The position numbers and the translations under genes are program-made. Shown here in pieces: positions 39,690 through 52,910 of a stretch of 64,000 nucleotides of DNA. Numbering within the stretch: position 1 is the stretch's first letter; each line of letters starts with the position of its first letter. The DNA comes from Adineta vaga. Lineage: Eukaryota; Animalia; Rotifera. The notes beneath the pieces were generated by a model. It made no database searches, was not told the origin of the DNA, and saw only the letters and a program-made list of their open reading frames with translations. The stretch is from positions 7,812,001 through 7,876,000 of the forward strand of contig CP075496.1 of assembly GCA_021613535.1 (NCBI GenBank), read 5' to 3'.

Positions 39690-41961
39690 AGAATCTCTTA
39701 TTCAAAAGAATAAATGATCTGAACAACAAAAAAAATCAGAGTATATATGCATAGAAAGCAAATAAAGAAAGAAAAAAAAGAAAGAAATGTATTGATTTTT
39801 TCAAAGAAATATGAACTCATGTTGTAATCGTGAACAATCCAAGCTTTGAATGATAAAGAACGAAGAAAAAAAGAGCGAAGTGTATGATCCTAACACGTAT
39901 ACTCATTAGGAGTTTTTTCTTCTTCTTACTTGTCTATTATTGAGATTAGGAGAAGGAGAGAAACGAACTTTCTTTCATCATTGACGTCATCATAGAAAAG
40001 CATCTATACTTCTTTTATTTTTCATCTTTATCTCACCTGTACGTGATTCAGTATGAGTTTGATTACTAGTTTTGTTGTTCTCTGAAATATCATATTTTTT
40101 TGTTCATTCTTTCACATAGATGTACATTGGTCGAGTCTAAAATTGTTCTTTCTACCATTGCGGTCAACCCATATATGAACGTTGACCGATGTGAGAGAAA
40201 AACAGTGAAGAAACAGAAAAATATATTAGAAACGTACAGTTATCAATAGATGTCTCACAAGTTTTGAAACCAACAAACTTGTTTTTAATTTAGAAGGTAA
40301 AAAGAAAAGCGAAAAAGTAGCTTCATATAAGATTACAGATAAAATAATTGGATTTGATTTCTCGTTTATTAATATAGCAAAAATCACGTCTCTGATGGTA
40401 AATATGAGGGTGGATGATATTCGTTTCGAATACTTTAAATTATATTTAATAAGAATATTAGAAAAAAACGTGTTTGAATGTCAATAAATGTTTAGAAAAC
40501 TTATTCGGAAGATTAATGTTCGTTATTGAACTTGAATGAATGAATGAATGTATAGACACAACTTAATTACAATTCTGCCTATGGATAAGTTCTTCGTTGT
40601 TCACTTTTATGGTTTCAGGAACTATGATAGATATATTAAAATATAAGAAAACTTATAAATCATAATTATTTGAAAAGTCTACGAAACGTTTGTTCATATT
40701 ACACTGACAAACTATCGTTACCAAGAATGATTTGACAAGTTTTAAAAGCGCTACTTGAGAGTCTTTTTTTTTCGAATAGTTGTATAACCATCATTCATGT
40801 CCCTCACATAAATTTATATTCCATCTTTCTTTATATCGTATTTTATTATACATTTCGAAATGTATGGTAATTCAAAAGTTGTCTGACTGATTCATTAAAA
40901 AAGAGAAAAGAAACTAATTTAGTTTAATTATATATTTTTCTTTATATTAAAGCGTAAAACAGATGCAAATTACACTGTTTATAATACTTTCTTGTTATTA
41001 TATCATCATCACATCATTTTTTTTCTTTATGAAAAACTACAATTCACTCACTTCATACTTGTTTTCGAGAATAAATGGTATATGATGATTATATAACCAT
41101 GTTTTTGAATATTCTATATCATGAAATGATTATTGTATAATCGTACATGGAATAATACTAATCATAAAACATCATATAAAAGAATACAAAAAAGTATTGT
41201 ATTGATATATTCTCTAGACGTTTTTGTATGTCTAGGTTGATCGACTGAAATAAAATAGATTTTGTAACGAATGTTTTTTTTTCTTTATCTGGAGAATACT
41301 TTTGCTTGATGATTCATGTATTTGAAAACTTATACATTGAGTACCTTCATATGTATTCAATGATGATGATTATACTCAATAAACAGTCCAAAGGTTTAAT
41401 TTGATCAAGAATATAAATTCTTTGTTATTCGAATTGAAATAATACCTGGATAACATTCAACTTCATTCTCTTTCTTTATGATACATCGTTATTTACTGCT
41501 ATTGTTTAAAATTGACATTATCTGATAAATTTCAAATAAAAAGTTACTCAGGAATTTTGTTGTAAACTGTTAGAGTAATAAATAATCTTGTTTTTCTATT
41601 GTGATAGTTGAAGGTTTTTCGAATGTATATCTAATCATAAGGTTCTATATGGAAAAAAATCTAGGTGAAATAGTTTCTCTTGTATGTGAAACTCACTCAA
41701 TATCCTATTCATGACAATCACATATTTATTTAATATTTCTTGAATTTAGAAGACAAAAAAAACGAAAAATGAATGGATCGATCAATAGACAAGAAAAAAG
41801 GAACGAAATGTGTATCCATCACTGTCGAACTCAACATGAATTAGGTTATATATGCAAGAAAAAAAAAGAGTTTTTGTCCCACCGGTGCGAAGCAATTAAT
41901 ACAAAAAAATGCTTGCATATTGCACGGGACATAAAATACATAAAACAAAAAAGGAAATAGT

Positions 41962-43264
41962 CTATCTGAAAGGATGCTGCTGTTGTTGTTGTTGTTGTTG
42001 TTGCTGATATTGTTGAGGATGATGATGGTGATGATGATGATCTTTTCGGTATTGTTTTGCATCAAGTTTTTCACGTTCTTTCGCTTGCTTTTTCGTTTTA
42101 TATCGATGATTTTGAAACCAAATTTTAACCTAAATATACGATTAAATTTATATATTTCATTATTAAAAGAAATAATTCTATTCGGAAACAAACTTGTGTC
42201 GGTGTCAGTTGAAGAATATTGGCAAGATTTTCACGTTCAGGTGCACTTAAATATTTTTGTTGTTTAAAACGTCGTTCTAATTCATAGATTTGTCCTTGAT
42301 TGAATAAGATGCGTCGTTTACGTTTTTGAGAGACAAATGGAAATTGTGCATAAGCTGATTTCATCATTGGATCTTGATGATGTCCATAAACACTGGCAGC
42401 TAATGCTGCACTATCAACTGCTGACGATGAACCAACAAGATATCGAGACACTAAAAAAGATCATGAATTTCTTGTATGAATGTTTTTTTTTCAAAAATGC
42501 ATACTTGCTGCTGATCCATACCAACATGAAGTAGGTGAATACTGTCCAGTAACTGGATTGGTATTTCCACCATTTTGAAGTGTACTACTATAATCATAGT
42601 ATTGATTATTCGGTGAAAAAGCTGATGTTGATGTTGCAGTTGGTCCATAATAATTATTGTGTACAGATGAGGGAGCAAATGATGGATTACAAAGACTAGC
42701 AGGTGTAACACTTGTTGATGGACGTTGAGGATTATATACTGATGATGATGAAGCAAGTGCATGTGCCATTTCCAATGAACGTTTATAAGATGTTGAAGCA
42801 TCTACGTCCAATGGTTGAAGAATATCTGTGACACTAAATGGCATGCCAGTGTTACTAATACCAGTTGAAGGAACCATGGAAGGAGATGTTGAACTGCGTT
42901 TGACTGAACTAAAAACACATAATATAGAAAGGTAATTTTCTTTCAACACACCTCGATAGTTTCATTTTAAATTGAGTCTCGTTTTGATAAAATTCAAATC
43001 GTAAACATAGAATCAAATATGTCTTTCATCATATGGAGAGTGCAATTTAAGAATATGTTAAGTTTTCTGAAGATTTTTTTTTTCTTGAAAAAAGTAATGA
43101 CGATGTTTTTTTATATTTTTATCACAAGTGATTTTGAAAAAAGGATTGGAAGTTTTTATGAAAATGAAGAGTAAATGATTGGATAGTTATAAATTAAAAT
43201 AATAAAAGAGTACTTACTGATTAGGATAGTAAGCAATAGTATCGATTTGTTCCTGTTTTGCCAT
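41962..43264 (-). CDS. NKX2-1: NK2.1/scarecrow-type homeobox protein, copy A
   Basis: 4 exons. TN/eh1 motif [11 protein letters not shown] motif, homeodomain [51 protein letters not shown] (Tyr54), H/Q tail. Confidence 0.9.
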
Positions 43265-46200
43265 GTCGAATAAAGCGAAGAAGAAGTTTTCTTTTATGAG
43301 TGGCTCATTCAATGGAATAACTTGGATACGAAGAAAACGTTCGTGATCGTTGATGACGGATGTGCTTCTTTTCTCCTTCTCCCTCTGTCTGTCTCTCTCT
43401 CTCTTTCACTCTTGTCAATAGTTAAAGTATGTTTCTAGATATTATTATTAATCGGTTTCTGCTCTTTTCTTCGTCTTTTCTACGAGTGCCATAAATAAAT
43501 AAGAAGAAAAGAAAATAACAATTGTGTATGTATAAATGTACGTATCTATGTATGTAAGCAGCCACACACCACTTCACCTAGTAGTGCACAAAAGATGCTG
43601 CTGATGATGGTGATGATGTGTTTTTTTAAGTAAGAGAAAAAAGAAGACGAAGAAGAAGAAGGGAGCTTTTTATTTCGTCGTTTGAAGTTGACGCACTCAA
43701 TGGGACAGAAGTGTCTTCTACAATGATGATGAATATAAGAAGTACTTTTCTCGGCTGGTGTTGCGTTTTTTCAACGACAAAGTGGAGGATTATTAAACTG
43801 ACAAGAGAGCGAGAGAGAATAGCTATGTTCATTTCTTTTCGTCGCCGTCGTCATCGTCGTCGTCTTCTTCTTTTTTATTTTCTACCAATCATTGTTTACT
43901 GAACGATTAACTTGAATGAATATCATTGGTAGATTTATTTCCGAGGAAAGAATACGAAGAAATACTGAACGATAAAAAAAATTGCACGCGTCAAGATATT
44001 GTGATTAACAATCGACGCCGTTCGCTTGTCAATTAAGGATTGAGATAATTGAATTGTGTGTATTCAGACAAATGCCACATTTGATCATCAAATAGAGAAT
44101 TAATATCAAACGCTTGCGGAGAAAAATTCTGTGATTTACAACTTCTCAAAATTATTCTTCAAGAATATTATAGCCTAACATTCATCGAATTTTTCATTCA
44201 TATATGATGTGTATGTTTTTCTCTTTTGTATCCTTTTTATTCTATTGTTCAATTGAAATATTACAATGAATAGTAATAGCCAAGCATTTGTTTGCATCAT
44301 ACGCATTTCTTTGAATATATGAATCGTGTGTCTACTGTTTCTTAATAAGATTTGAAAATTGATCGAGATTTCTATTGAAATGAACTGTTACATGGAATGA
44401 AAACTATTGAATCTTTTGTTGAACATACAAACATATTGAGAACACCAAAAGGCAATTACTACACTCTTGAAAAATTATTCATTAGTAAAACTATTAAATC
44501 AATATAAATACAGAGAGAGAGAAAGATTAAAATCATATACATGTACACTCTTCATTTCAATTGTAATAACACAAAATTCATGTATTATTCAATCGACACA
44601 GTTTTAACTCATCTTATCGATAACAATTATCATAATTATTCCCCACGTGTCATGAGTGAGCTGTTTAAAAAAGATAGTGAACATATAAGAGCTTTGTATA
44701 TGACATCATATTTATCTATTCAGTGAGAAATAAGAAACAACAAGCCTGATTTTCTAATAAGCAACATGTCATGGAGTTTTTCTTTTCACTTCAATGCCAT
44801 ATTATGTGAATATATATACATACCCAATGGCTCTAATTGTTTTCCACAAGAGTTAGTGAAAAATCATCTGTTCGTAAAAATTTCTTAATGACGTCAATGA
44901 CAAGAGAAAGAAGAAAAATTTCATCATTTGCTATGCATGAAATAACAAGTTAGCTTCATTTTCTATCTTCTAACTTTTCTATATTTAAAAATGAATAGGA
45001 GAAAAGTCTGCACAGGTGATGTTGAAGGACTTTTCTCGAGTATATCTATATATTCAATAGCGGCATCCATTATCGGTATACTTGCTTTTAAGTAAGAAGC
45101 AAGAAAAAAAAATCTGACGTAAGCAACAAATGTTTGTTAGACGCTCGTGTAATTGAGCAGAAGGCGCACATCTAACATAGGTCCTGTAGATCGGAAGTGA
45201 AATTTCCGATAGAGCACTAGCCAATCATGAGATGATGACGGAAGGGAAATACGAGGAAAAAAAGAAAAAAAATCATCATCATCTGGCTCCCTCGACACAC
45301 GCACTATTTTGTCGAGTGTACCCACTCGAAAATTCCACAGGCAAAAAAAATCGCTAATTACAAATTATTTATATATATACATATATATACATGTATGTGT
45401 AGATAGATAGATTTTCTTTTCTTCTTTCTTTGCAATACCTGATGTTTTATTATTTATCTCATTCTCATATGTTATTGATATGAGTCCAATCAGTTGAGTA
45501 TTTAGTCTGGCCAGGTGAGAAGTACTCTTATGTCTTCACCCATTTATCCAACAAGTAACATACAACGACTAATTATATGTCGACAAATAAACATTTGAAT
45601 GAAGAAGAACAAGAAGGTACTTGTCGATGGATTCTCTAATCGTTTAATAGGCAAGATAGCTCGATTGTCGAAAAAAGAATTCACTTGAAAAAGTAATCAT
45701 GTTTATCCTCTTGAAAAAAATAAGTTTTAATGATGAAAAATGAGAATTATTAACTTGATTATATCATACAATCCATTAGACATGTTTGGCATGACTTTCA
45801 ATTTCCATTAAATTGCGTATTCAATTTCAAACAAGTCACTAAAAGCACGTGTCTTAATTTAACTTATTTCTCTGATTGAATCTAATCTTTCTGTTTTCCT
45901 CTTCAACTATTCGCGTTCTTCTGATGTGACATATTCAGTGAACCCGCCCTATCCATACCGAATTCGAATCAAACAAGTCTATTTCCGCATATGTATGTTG
46001 CATTACATGAAATCAAGACATTTTCTTGAAAAGATATATGTTGGACGCCACTTCTCTTTTTCTCTTACGTCAACCACCCATGGAGTGCGCTCTATTTTTC
46101 GAATGGCTTAGCATCGATCTGGGGACACGTGTGTACAACGATTGCATCACTCCCTAGGATGACGACGAAATATATTTAACAAGTAGCTACTTGAATCAAT

Positions 46201-47104
46201 TGCTTTTTTTTCTTGTTGTATTCTTATTAATTTTTTTTTTCAAACTATCTAACTAGCTTCAATTATCACTGTTTCTTCGAAATACAATTACGTTCATAAA
46301 TATTTTGTATACATGTAAATCAGATCATTTCGATTTGAGTAAATAATGCCACCTACCTAGCAAGCAATGTATTGTGCAATTAATTTGACGTTCGAAAAAT
46401 AAAACTGTGAACAACCAACGGATAGTAAAATTTTCATTCTCATTTTCTATCAATACATAGTGAAAAAAACAGAAAAGAAATCTATTGTAATTATTGTTTG
46501 ACTTATTTTTTTTCTTTTTTCTTTTCAATTGACTTAGTTTACTTGTAGCTTAAGTGTTTCTTTGTCCTTCCTTTTGAAAATGAATGCCACAGGCAGTTGA
46601 ATTTATATTAAATATATACAAATTGACTGAAGAAAAAGAAAATAAGATACATGTTGTTCTTGTCTCTATACCATTATCTATTGTAGCGGTGATTCATGTG
46701 AAAGGTCTTATTTTTTCTTTAAACTTTACTGGTTGGTTATATTTAGATCAAATATTGACATAGTCGATATATGTATGTGTATGTGAGATGACATTTTTCG
46801 CTTTGCTTTTAGTTAGTCGTTGTGCCAACATTTCATCCACTTGTTGTCTCTTTCCAGCTGCGTCCACCACTTCAAACTGACATTGAGAGTAGGGCCCGTT
46901 TTGGTCTCGGACGACAACGATGAGATGATTGAATTTAACATGCAAATAGAATTAGTCATATTCAATGGAGAAAAAAAAGAAAGAAATCTTTCGATAGAGA
47001 CGCAGTTTTTTTCTTCTAAAAAAAACAATAAGAAGGAATTGCACGACAAAGAAAAAAGAAAAAGAATGAATCAAAATAGAAGAGTTTCAAAGAATGTTTT
47101 GGAA

Positions 47105-47969
47105 TTAACGTGGTTCATGTTTTAATAAGTGAAGAGATGAATGAGGATGTAAATGATGTCCATGATGAAGTCGTTGATGTCCTGCTGCTGAAATTGGTAT
47201 TTGCGAATGAAACATATTCGATTGTATTTGCGATTGATGTTGATGAGGATTGGGTGTTGATGATTGTTCATCACCACTATCAGCACAATTATTTCCAGTT
47301 TTTTCTTTCGATGCTTTCTTTGTTTTATAACGATGATTTTGAAACCAAATTTTAACTTGTGTTGATGATAAACTTAATGAATGTGCCAAATGATCACGAT
47401 CTTGAGCATTTAAATATCGATTTTTATCGAAACGTTTTTCTAATTCCATTACTTGTTGTTGACTAAATAAGACTCGTCGTTTACGTTTTGGTGTAAAAGC
47501 AAATGGATGATAAGCAGATTTCAATGGATCAACCATCATTGATGATGCTGCAGCAGCCGATTGATACATATCATATTGTGTTGGATTTTGACCAGTTAAT
47601 AATCGGGACACTAAACGGAAATAAAACGATTGGTGAAATTTAAAGTTAGAGAAAAACAAACAAATTCTTTTCTCATACTTGCAAATCTTGGATCCGTACA
47701 ATGTGCTGGTTGATACCATGAATTAGTTGATGAATTAGTTGTATTTGTTGGTGACGTTGATAATGGATTTGTTGTCATTGTATTATTCGTTGCTGACGAA
47801 CGATAAGTTGGTTGACAAAAATAATCCGAATATGAACGTGCTTGGCTTGAGAAATAGGATGTTGCTGCATCCGAATAGAATGGATATGGTACACCTGTGG
47901 GTGAAAAATGACTTGCGAATGAATTTTGATAAATTGTTGGATCAAACGATGATATTTGAGGTTTTTTTA

Positions 47970-48000
<31 letters not shown>

Positions 48001-48192
48001 TGTTGGATACGCTGAACAACCATCATCAAAAGTGCCAAGAAATGGATCATAAGCTGTTGATGATGATATTGGCATCGAAGGTATATTTGACGAATCATCG
48101 ATATTATTTGATGATGATGTTTGAGGAGGAATGGTCGTTGATGTTGACAGAGATGTGGATCGCGATGGTGAGGATGAAGATTCGTATGACAT
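47105..48192 (-). CDS. NK2.1-type homeobox protein, copy B (divergent)
   Basis: 2 coding exons. [13 protein letters not shown] joined to SRLL is the NK2.1 WY..DPRF..SR motif. Homeodomain [20 protein letters not shown]...[13 protein letters not shown]. Confidence 0.88.
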
Positions 48193-48334
48193 GATTGGGA
48201 TTTATCCTGAAACATGATTGAAGTTTTTTAGACTGATTTATTTGTTGTATGAATATTATTGAAAATAAATGATGTCGATGAAGAAAGAAATGAAATGCGA
48301 GAAGAAAAGAGAGAAAGAAGAATTGGCCACTTAC

Positions 48335-48440
48335 CGTGTTCGAACGAAGGCGTGCGGGATGAGAGATGCTCTGAGAAGGCTCTCAGAAGGCTTTCGAGAT
48401 CGATTGAAGAGGTTCGACTCCACTCACGACACGGGCAAAT
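48335..48440 (-). other. Putative GC-rich non-coding 5' exon of NK2.1 copy B
   Basis: Consensus donor CG|GTAAGT at 48334 and acceptor tttCAG at 48207. No ATG in the exon. The upstream limit is approximate. Confidence 0.5.
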
Positions 48441-50815
48441 ATGTGCGTGTGTATATGTGCTACTTATTCGTTCTCACTCTTTTTTTCTCTACGTTTTTTT
48501 TCACATACACAAACGAAGACAAAAGAGACCTCTTGTCTACGTATTGAGAATAATCATTTCCTCTCTTTCTCCTTTTTCTCTCGTATGCATTTTTGCTTTT
48601 TCTTTTTTTCTCCATTCCTTCATTTTGGATTGGCGGAAAAGTAAATAGATTCCTATTGGCTGAAAATAATCGAGCAACGAAAGCAAAACAAAAAAGAAAC
48701 GGAGTGTAAAGTAGAGGAAGAAGAAGAAGAAGAAGAAGAAAAAATCTCGGATGCTTATCAAAGATTGTAAATCAACAGTAACAGAGATTTGTTACACATT
48801 GGTGACAATTAGTCTTCTCATCGATTGATTACTGCTGAGACTGATGTGAAGAATACTTGAGTTGAATCGTAAAAAATTGATATATATATATAAATTCTCA
48901 TCGTATATATATCTAGCAAACGAATTTTGAAATCAATTTAAATATTCATCCGCAGATTCACTAAGAAAAAAATATTGAATAACCAAGTAAAACAAGCAAA
49001 TATAATGTTTGTTAATTTTCATTTGAATTATTAATAATCAAACGAAGAAAAAGAAAACTAATGAAATAATTTTCGTTATTGAAGAAAAAAGATTGCTGGA
49101 GGATATAATTTTTGTCGTTCTGTCCGTTTCTATAGAAATGTTCTACTCGGATTTCCTTGCCATTTTACTTCTTTTTTTTTAATAATATAAATATGACATA
49201 GAACGAAAAAAAACGGAAGAGACAGTAGTCTAAAGTGTTTATTTTGAGAATGGAATAATGAGAAAAATACTCTTTAGAATTTTTTTATTCTAAGGTTTCA
49301 ATTTACATTTTGTTTAAATCATTGACTAGAAATCTTATGCATAGTAGACTAAGATGATGATGATGATGTTCAGAATTTAAACAAATACTTGAATTGAAAA
49401 GCAAACGACACTCTGCTATGTCAAGATGTATAGTCTAATCTTCATCATAGTTTGAATCTAAGAGAAAATTTTCCTTTCAAATAAAAATAGGATCCTATTT
49501 CAATGAAACGATTCGTCTTCTTTCTTTTCTTGTTTCTATCACAGCAATATTACTTGAAGAGCAGTAAAGCGGTGAACTACTTAGAGAATCAGTCAGTTTT
49601 ATTGGCGGTATATATCGTATAGATCAAACGATATGTATATCGTTAGAAGCGATAGTAAAAGCAGCAGCATGATTCTCTACTTCGATACTTTTAAGACAAA
49701 GAAAGAAAAAGTTAACTAACGACGAATAACAATAAAGACAAAAGATAAAAGGAAGAATAATAACGAGAAAATTTCTTTCGAGTTGAAAGAATTATAAATA
49801 GAACGAACATTAATTGGGCATGGTAACTTTTCAATTTCTTCCTGACTTGAAGTAATTGTCATTAATAGTGAGAAAAAAACAGAAGATGATTGGACGAAAC
49901 ATTCTCATGTGATTAGTCGTAATCTACGAAAAGATCCTTTTATTTTTTCTATCTAATGAATTACTTTTCATATTACTATCAGAAGTATATTAATTCAGAC
50001 AGTTACTTATAGTAAAGAGAACTTGTATATTAGAAAAAGTCTGCACTTTTCAATAATGATCATATTATGTTACTCGTATATATATATATATCAGCAAAAG
50101 TGAACAGATTTTTTTCTCGTCTTCAAACTTAATATTTTTTTGTAACTATTTTTAGTCAAAGAGAAAATCATTATTCTTTGCAAAATCATCTATCGTAATC
50201 GATTTGGAATGTGAAAATTTGAAATATAGAAATACATTTAGTTTAAAAATTTCTTTTGAAATCAATTGAGTTTATTTACCTTATAAAGGACAATAAGAGT
50301 AAATGTAAAGAATAACATGCAATTCAAAAGCTGAAGAGTAATTGTTATGTCTATGTGTAGAAATATTTTGTATGGAAATTTCGTTACCTATCTGACTGGC
50401 TAATTATGAAGATTATAATATTTTTATATTTTTAACAGCTACCATAAAACATGTTTATTCTTATTATAATAGATTTTCTATGATGTAGAAAGGCAAATGA
50501 AAATGTTGACAATGCTAAACAGCTCATTGAAATAACATCAACGTTTTTAGGAAATATTGAAGATGGTTTCTTTATTTTGATTCCATGTTTTTTCTTACAT
50601 ATTCTTTTTAGTCTATAATCCTGATATGGTTAGATCAATAACAATAATACTAATAAAGAAAATCAGATCGCATATAATCTTTATTCGAAATGGAAACTTA
50701 TGAGAATCAAAAGCAGATGTTTTTGATGATAATGTCGATTGAAAATATAGGTGTGAGAATCTGAATGTGCTAGAAATACACAAATATTCGTTTTCATTTC
50801 TCTCCAACGAATATC

Positions 50816-51616
50816 ATGTTGAAGTCGATTGTTTGCCTCTGTCTTCTTGTCCTAGTAACAGTTAACGCTGTTCGATTTGAAGTTCGTTTGAATATAGTTG
50901 TTTATTTCCATCTAATTTTGTTTTTATTTAGTTTAATGATAATGCACGTCAATTTTTGGCTAAAGTAAAACCATCCGATTTACCTGAATCAGTTCGATTA
51001 TCATTACTTGCTAATGATGGTCGTGGTCCAAGTGATTCTTCGTCTGTCTCGACTACCTTGTCTTTTACTTTTTGAATGTATTATTTTATTTTCAATAGGC
51101 ACTGGTGTTGCATTAACGAACAGCCAATTCTAACCGAAACAAAGACAAAAATCGATTATGCTACACAAACCGTCGCAACAAAAACCAAAGTTTGTTAATA
51201 AAGATTTCAAAAAGGAACAATCGAATGTATTTGACTATAGGTTGGTTATGTTGATTGTGGTTTCATGGGAATGATGAAATGTAGTCATTATGTGACATCT
51301 TACAGGTTTATTTTGAGTTTTACAAGCAGTATTTCAGAGGTGTTTTCTTTTCGATTCTATAGAGTAACAACCTATTCATTCGTACAAACATTTCAAGTTC
51401 CTAATATGGCTGCTTGTAATAGCTCTGAAATGAAATGTTGTTCAGGTTACTTATTGGTATGATTTCCAAGGAAACTGAATAGATTGAAGATTATTCTAAG
51501 TTTTATACTTTTAGGTTTCGGGTAATTGTCATAGTATTCAAGAATTATCTGCCAATCAAGAATTATTTCAATTTTTGTTCGGCCTTGGTTTACTTGGATC
51601 TACTCCTGGCAAATAA
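50816..51616 (+). CDS. Small secreted Cys-rich EMI-domain-like protein (about 6 short exons)
   Basis: Signal MLKSIVCLCLLVLVTVNA, HWCCINE, CGFMGMMKCSHYVTSYR...CCSGYLLVSGNC, ending PGK*. Mostly absent from the ORF track. Confidence 0.75.
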
Positions 51617-51722
51617 ATAATGAAATAAAATAAGATGATAAAAAGGAATTCATTTTTCTCAAAAAAAAATATTTTTCCACAACTTTTTCACAGTATATGA
51701 TTATGAGAAACATCAGTCTTTT

Positions 51723-52910
51723 TTAAGATGTCGTTGATAGACTTTTTAATCTTGAACGAATTCGTGAAAGATTTGCTTCACGTGATGATGTTGATCGTGA
51801 AGTTCTTGCTCGTCGGCTCAGCGAACTTCTTGGTGTCATTGAGTTTTCCCGTTTCATACGAGGATGAAATAGGATTTGTACTGTTTTTCGACGAATTATT
51901 GAACTTGTCATCAACAATATCGGGAAATGTGAACAATGATGAATGATTTCCATCAGATCTAAGATTATTGCGAGATTATTTGTTGGAAGTCGTTTACCTT
52001 GAATCATTGTCCAAGCACCTAAGATACCAATAGGTGATGTCAATAACACAAATGCTATACTCGAAAGTAACATGTAAAGTATCACACTGCGTTCTTTCCA
52101 ATCGTCGTTTTTGTATGTTCCCAAACGATATCGCCGTTGATGTGCACGACGATGCAATCCAACCATCAATGTTACATTGGTTGAAATGATGATGAGTGGT
52201 AAAATGAGATTGTTCAAACCAATATTTTCAATAAATAATAGATTACTCAAAGTAAATCGTAGTCCATATGCATTGTAGTAAGCATCAGAACATGAGAACA
52301 AGATTTTCTTGTTATACAATTGAAAATAACAATAAGAAGTGTCATATGGTAAGAGGAGGAATGGATGATTGTAACTAATCACAAAGAATACAATACAAAT
52401 GGTAATTAGACATGCATTTCGACGAGTCATCAGAGAACGACGATCAGTTGCCCATACTTTCAAATTACGTTCAATACCTAAATGAATGATAAGGTTAATG
52501 TTTTATATTATCGGAATACAACTACTATAGTTCTTATGTAGAAAAGATTATTCTCATCTAAATATCAAGATCAAACATGTTGCTACGTTACCTAATGCAC
52601 AAAGAAAAGCATAAGATGTGTTTTCACTTGTCATTGTCAAAAACCAAGTGATCGAACAAACAAAATATGGATGTTGAATATAGAAAAATAGAATATGTAC
52701 AGAATATTCAGCGAATAGTTTCACCATATCAGCAATAGACAATGCAATAATGAACACGGAATAGGGTGTGTTCACGAGTGATTTGGCTCGACAAAACAGT
52801 AGACATGAACAAAGATTGAGAACTGTACCAAGAATAGTGAGTAGACAACCAACAATGAAATAGAATAAAATGACATTTGGATGAGCATGTGCAAGACATG
52901 ATGAGTTCAT
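51723..52910 (-). CDS. Orphan class A (rhodopsin-like) GPCR, 2 exons
   Basis: Seven hydrophobic segments, GTVLN (TM1), LSIAD (TM2), IERN at the DRY position across the intron, LLTSP (TM6), Ser/Arg-rich tail. Confidence 0.85.

Noticed and set aside
46748-47125. ORFs downstream of NK2.1 copy B as an extra coding exon or separate gene
   Set aside because: Copy B has its own stop at 47105 and no suitable donor. The ORFs have no motif and are probably 3'UTR.
48349-48430. tRNA-like T-loop/B-box GGTTCGACTCC
   Set aside because: No D-arm or anticodon arm and no 7-bp acceptor stem can be built. It is better explained as part of the NK2.1-B leader.
43100-49900. Several ACTTGA/CAAGTG NK2-type sites suggesting autoregulation
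   Set aside because: The count is near what AT-rich sequence would give by chance, and I found only one full CACTTGA (45682).
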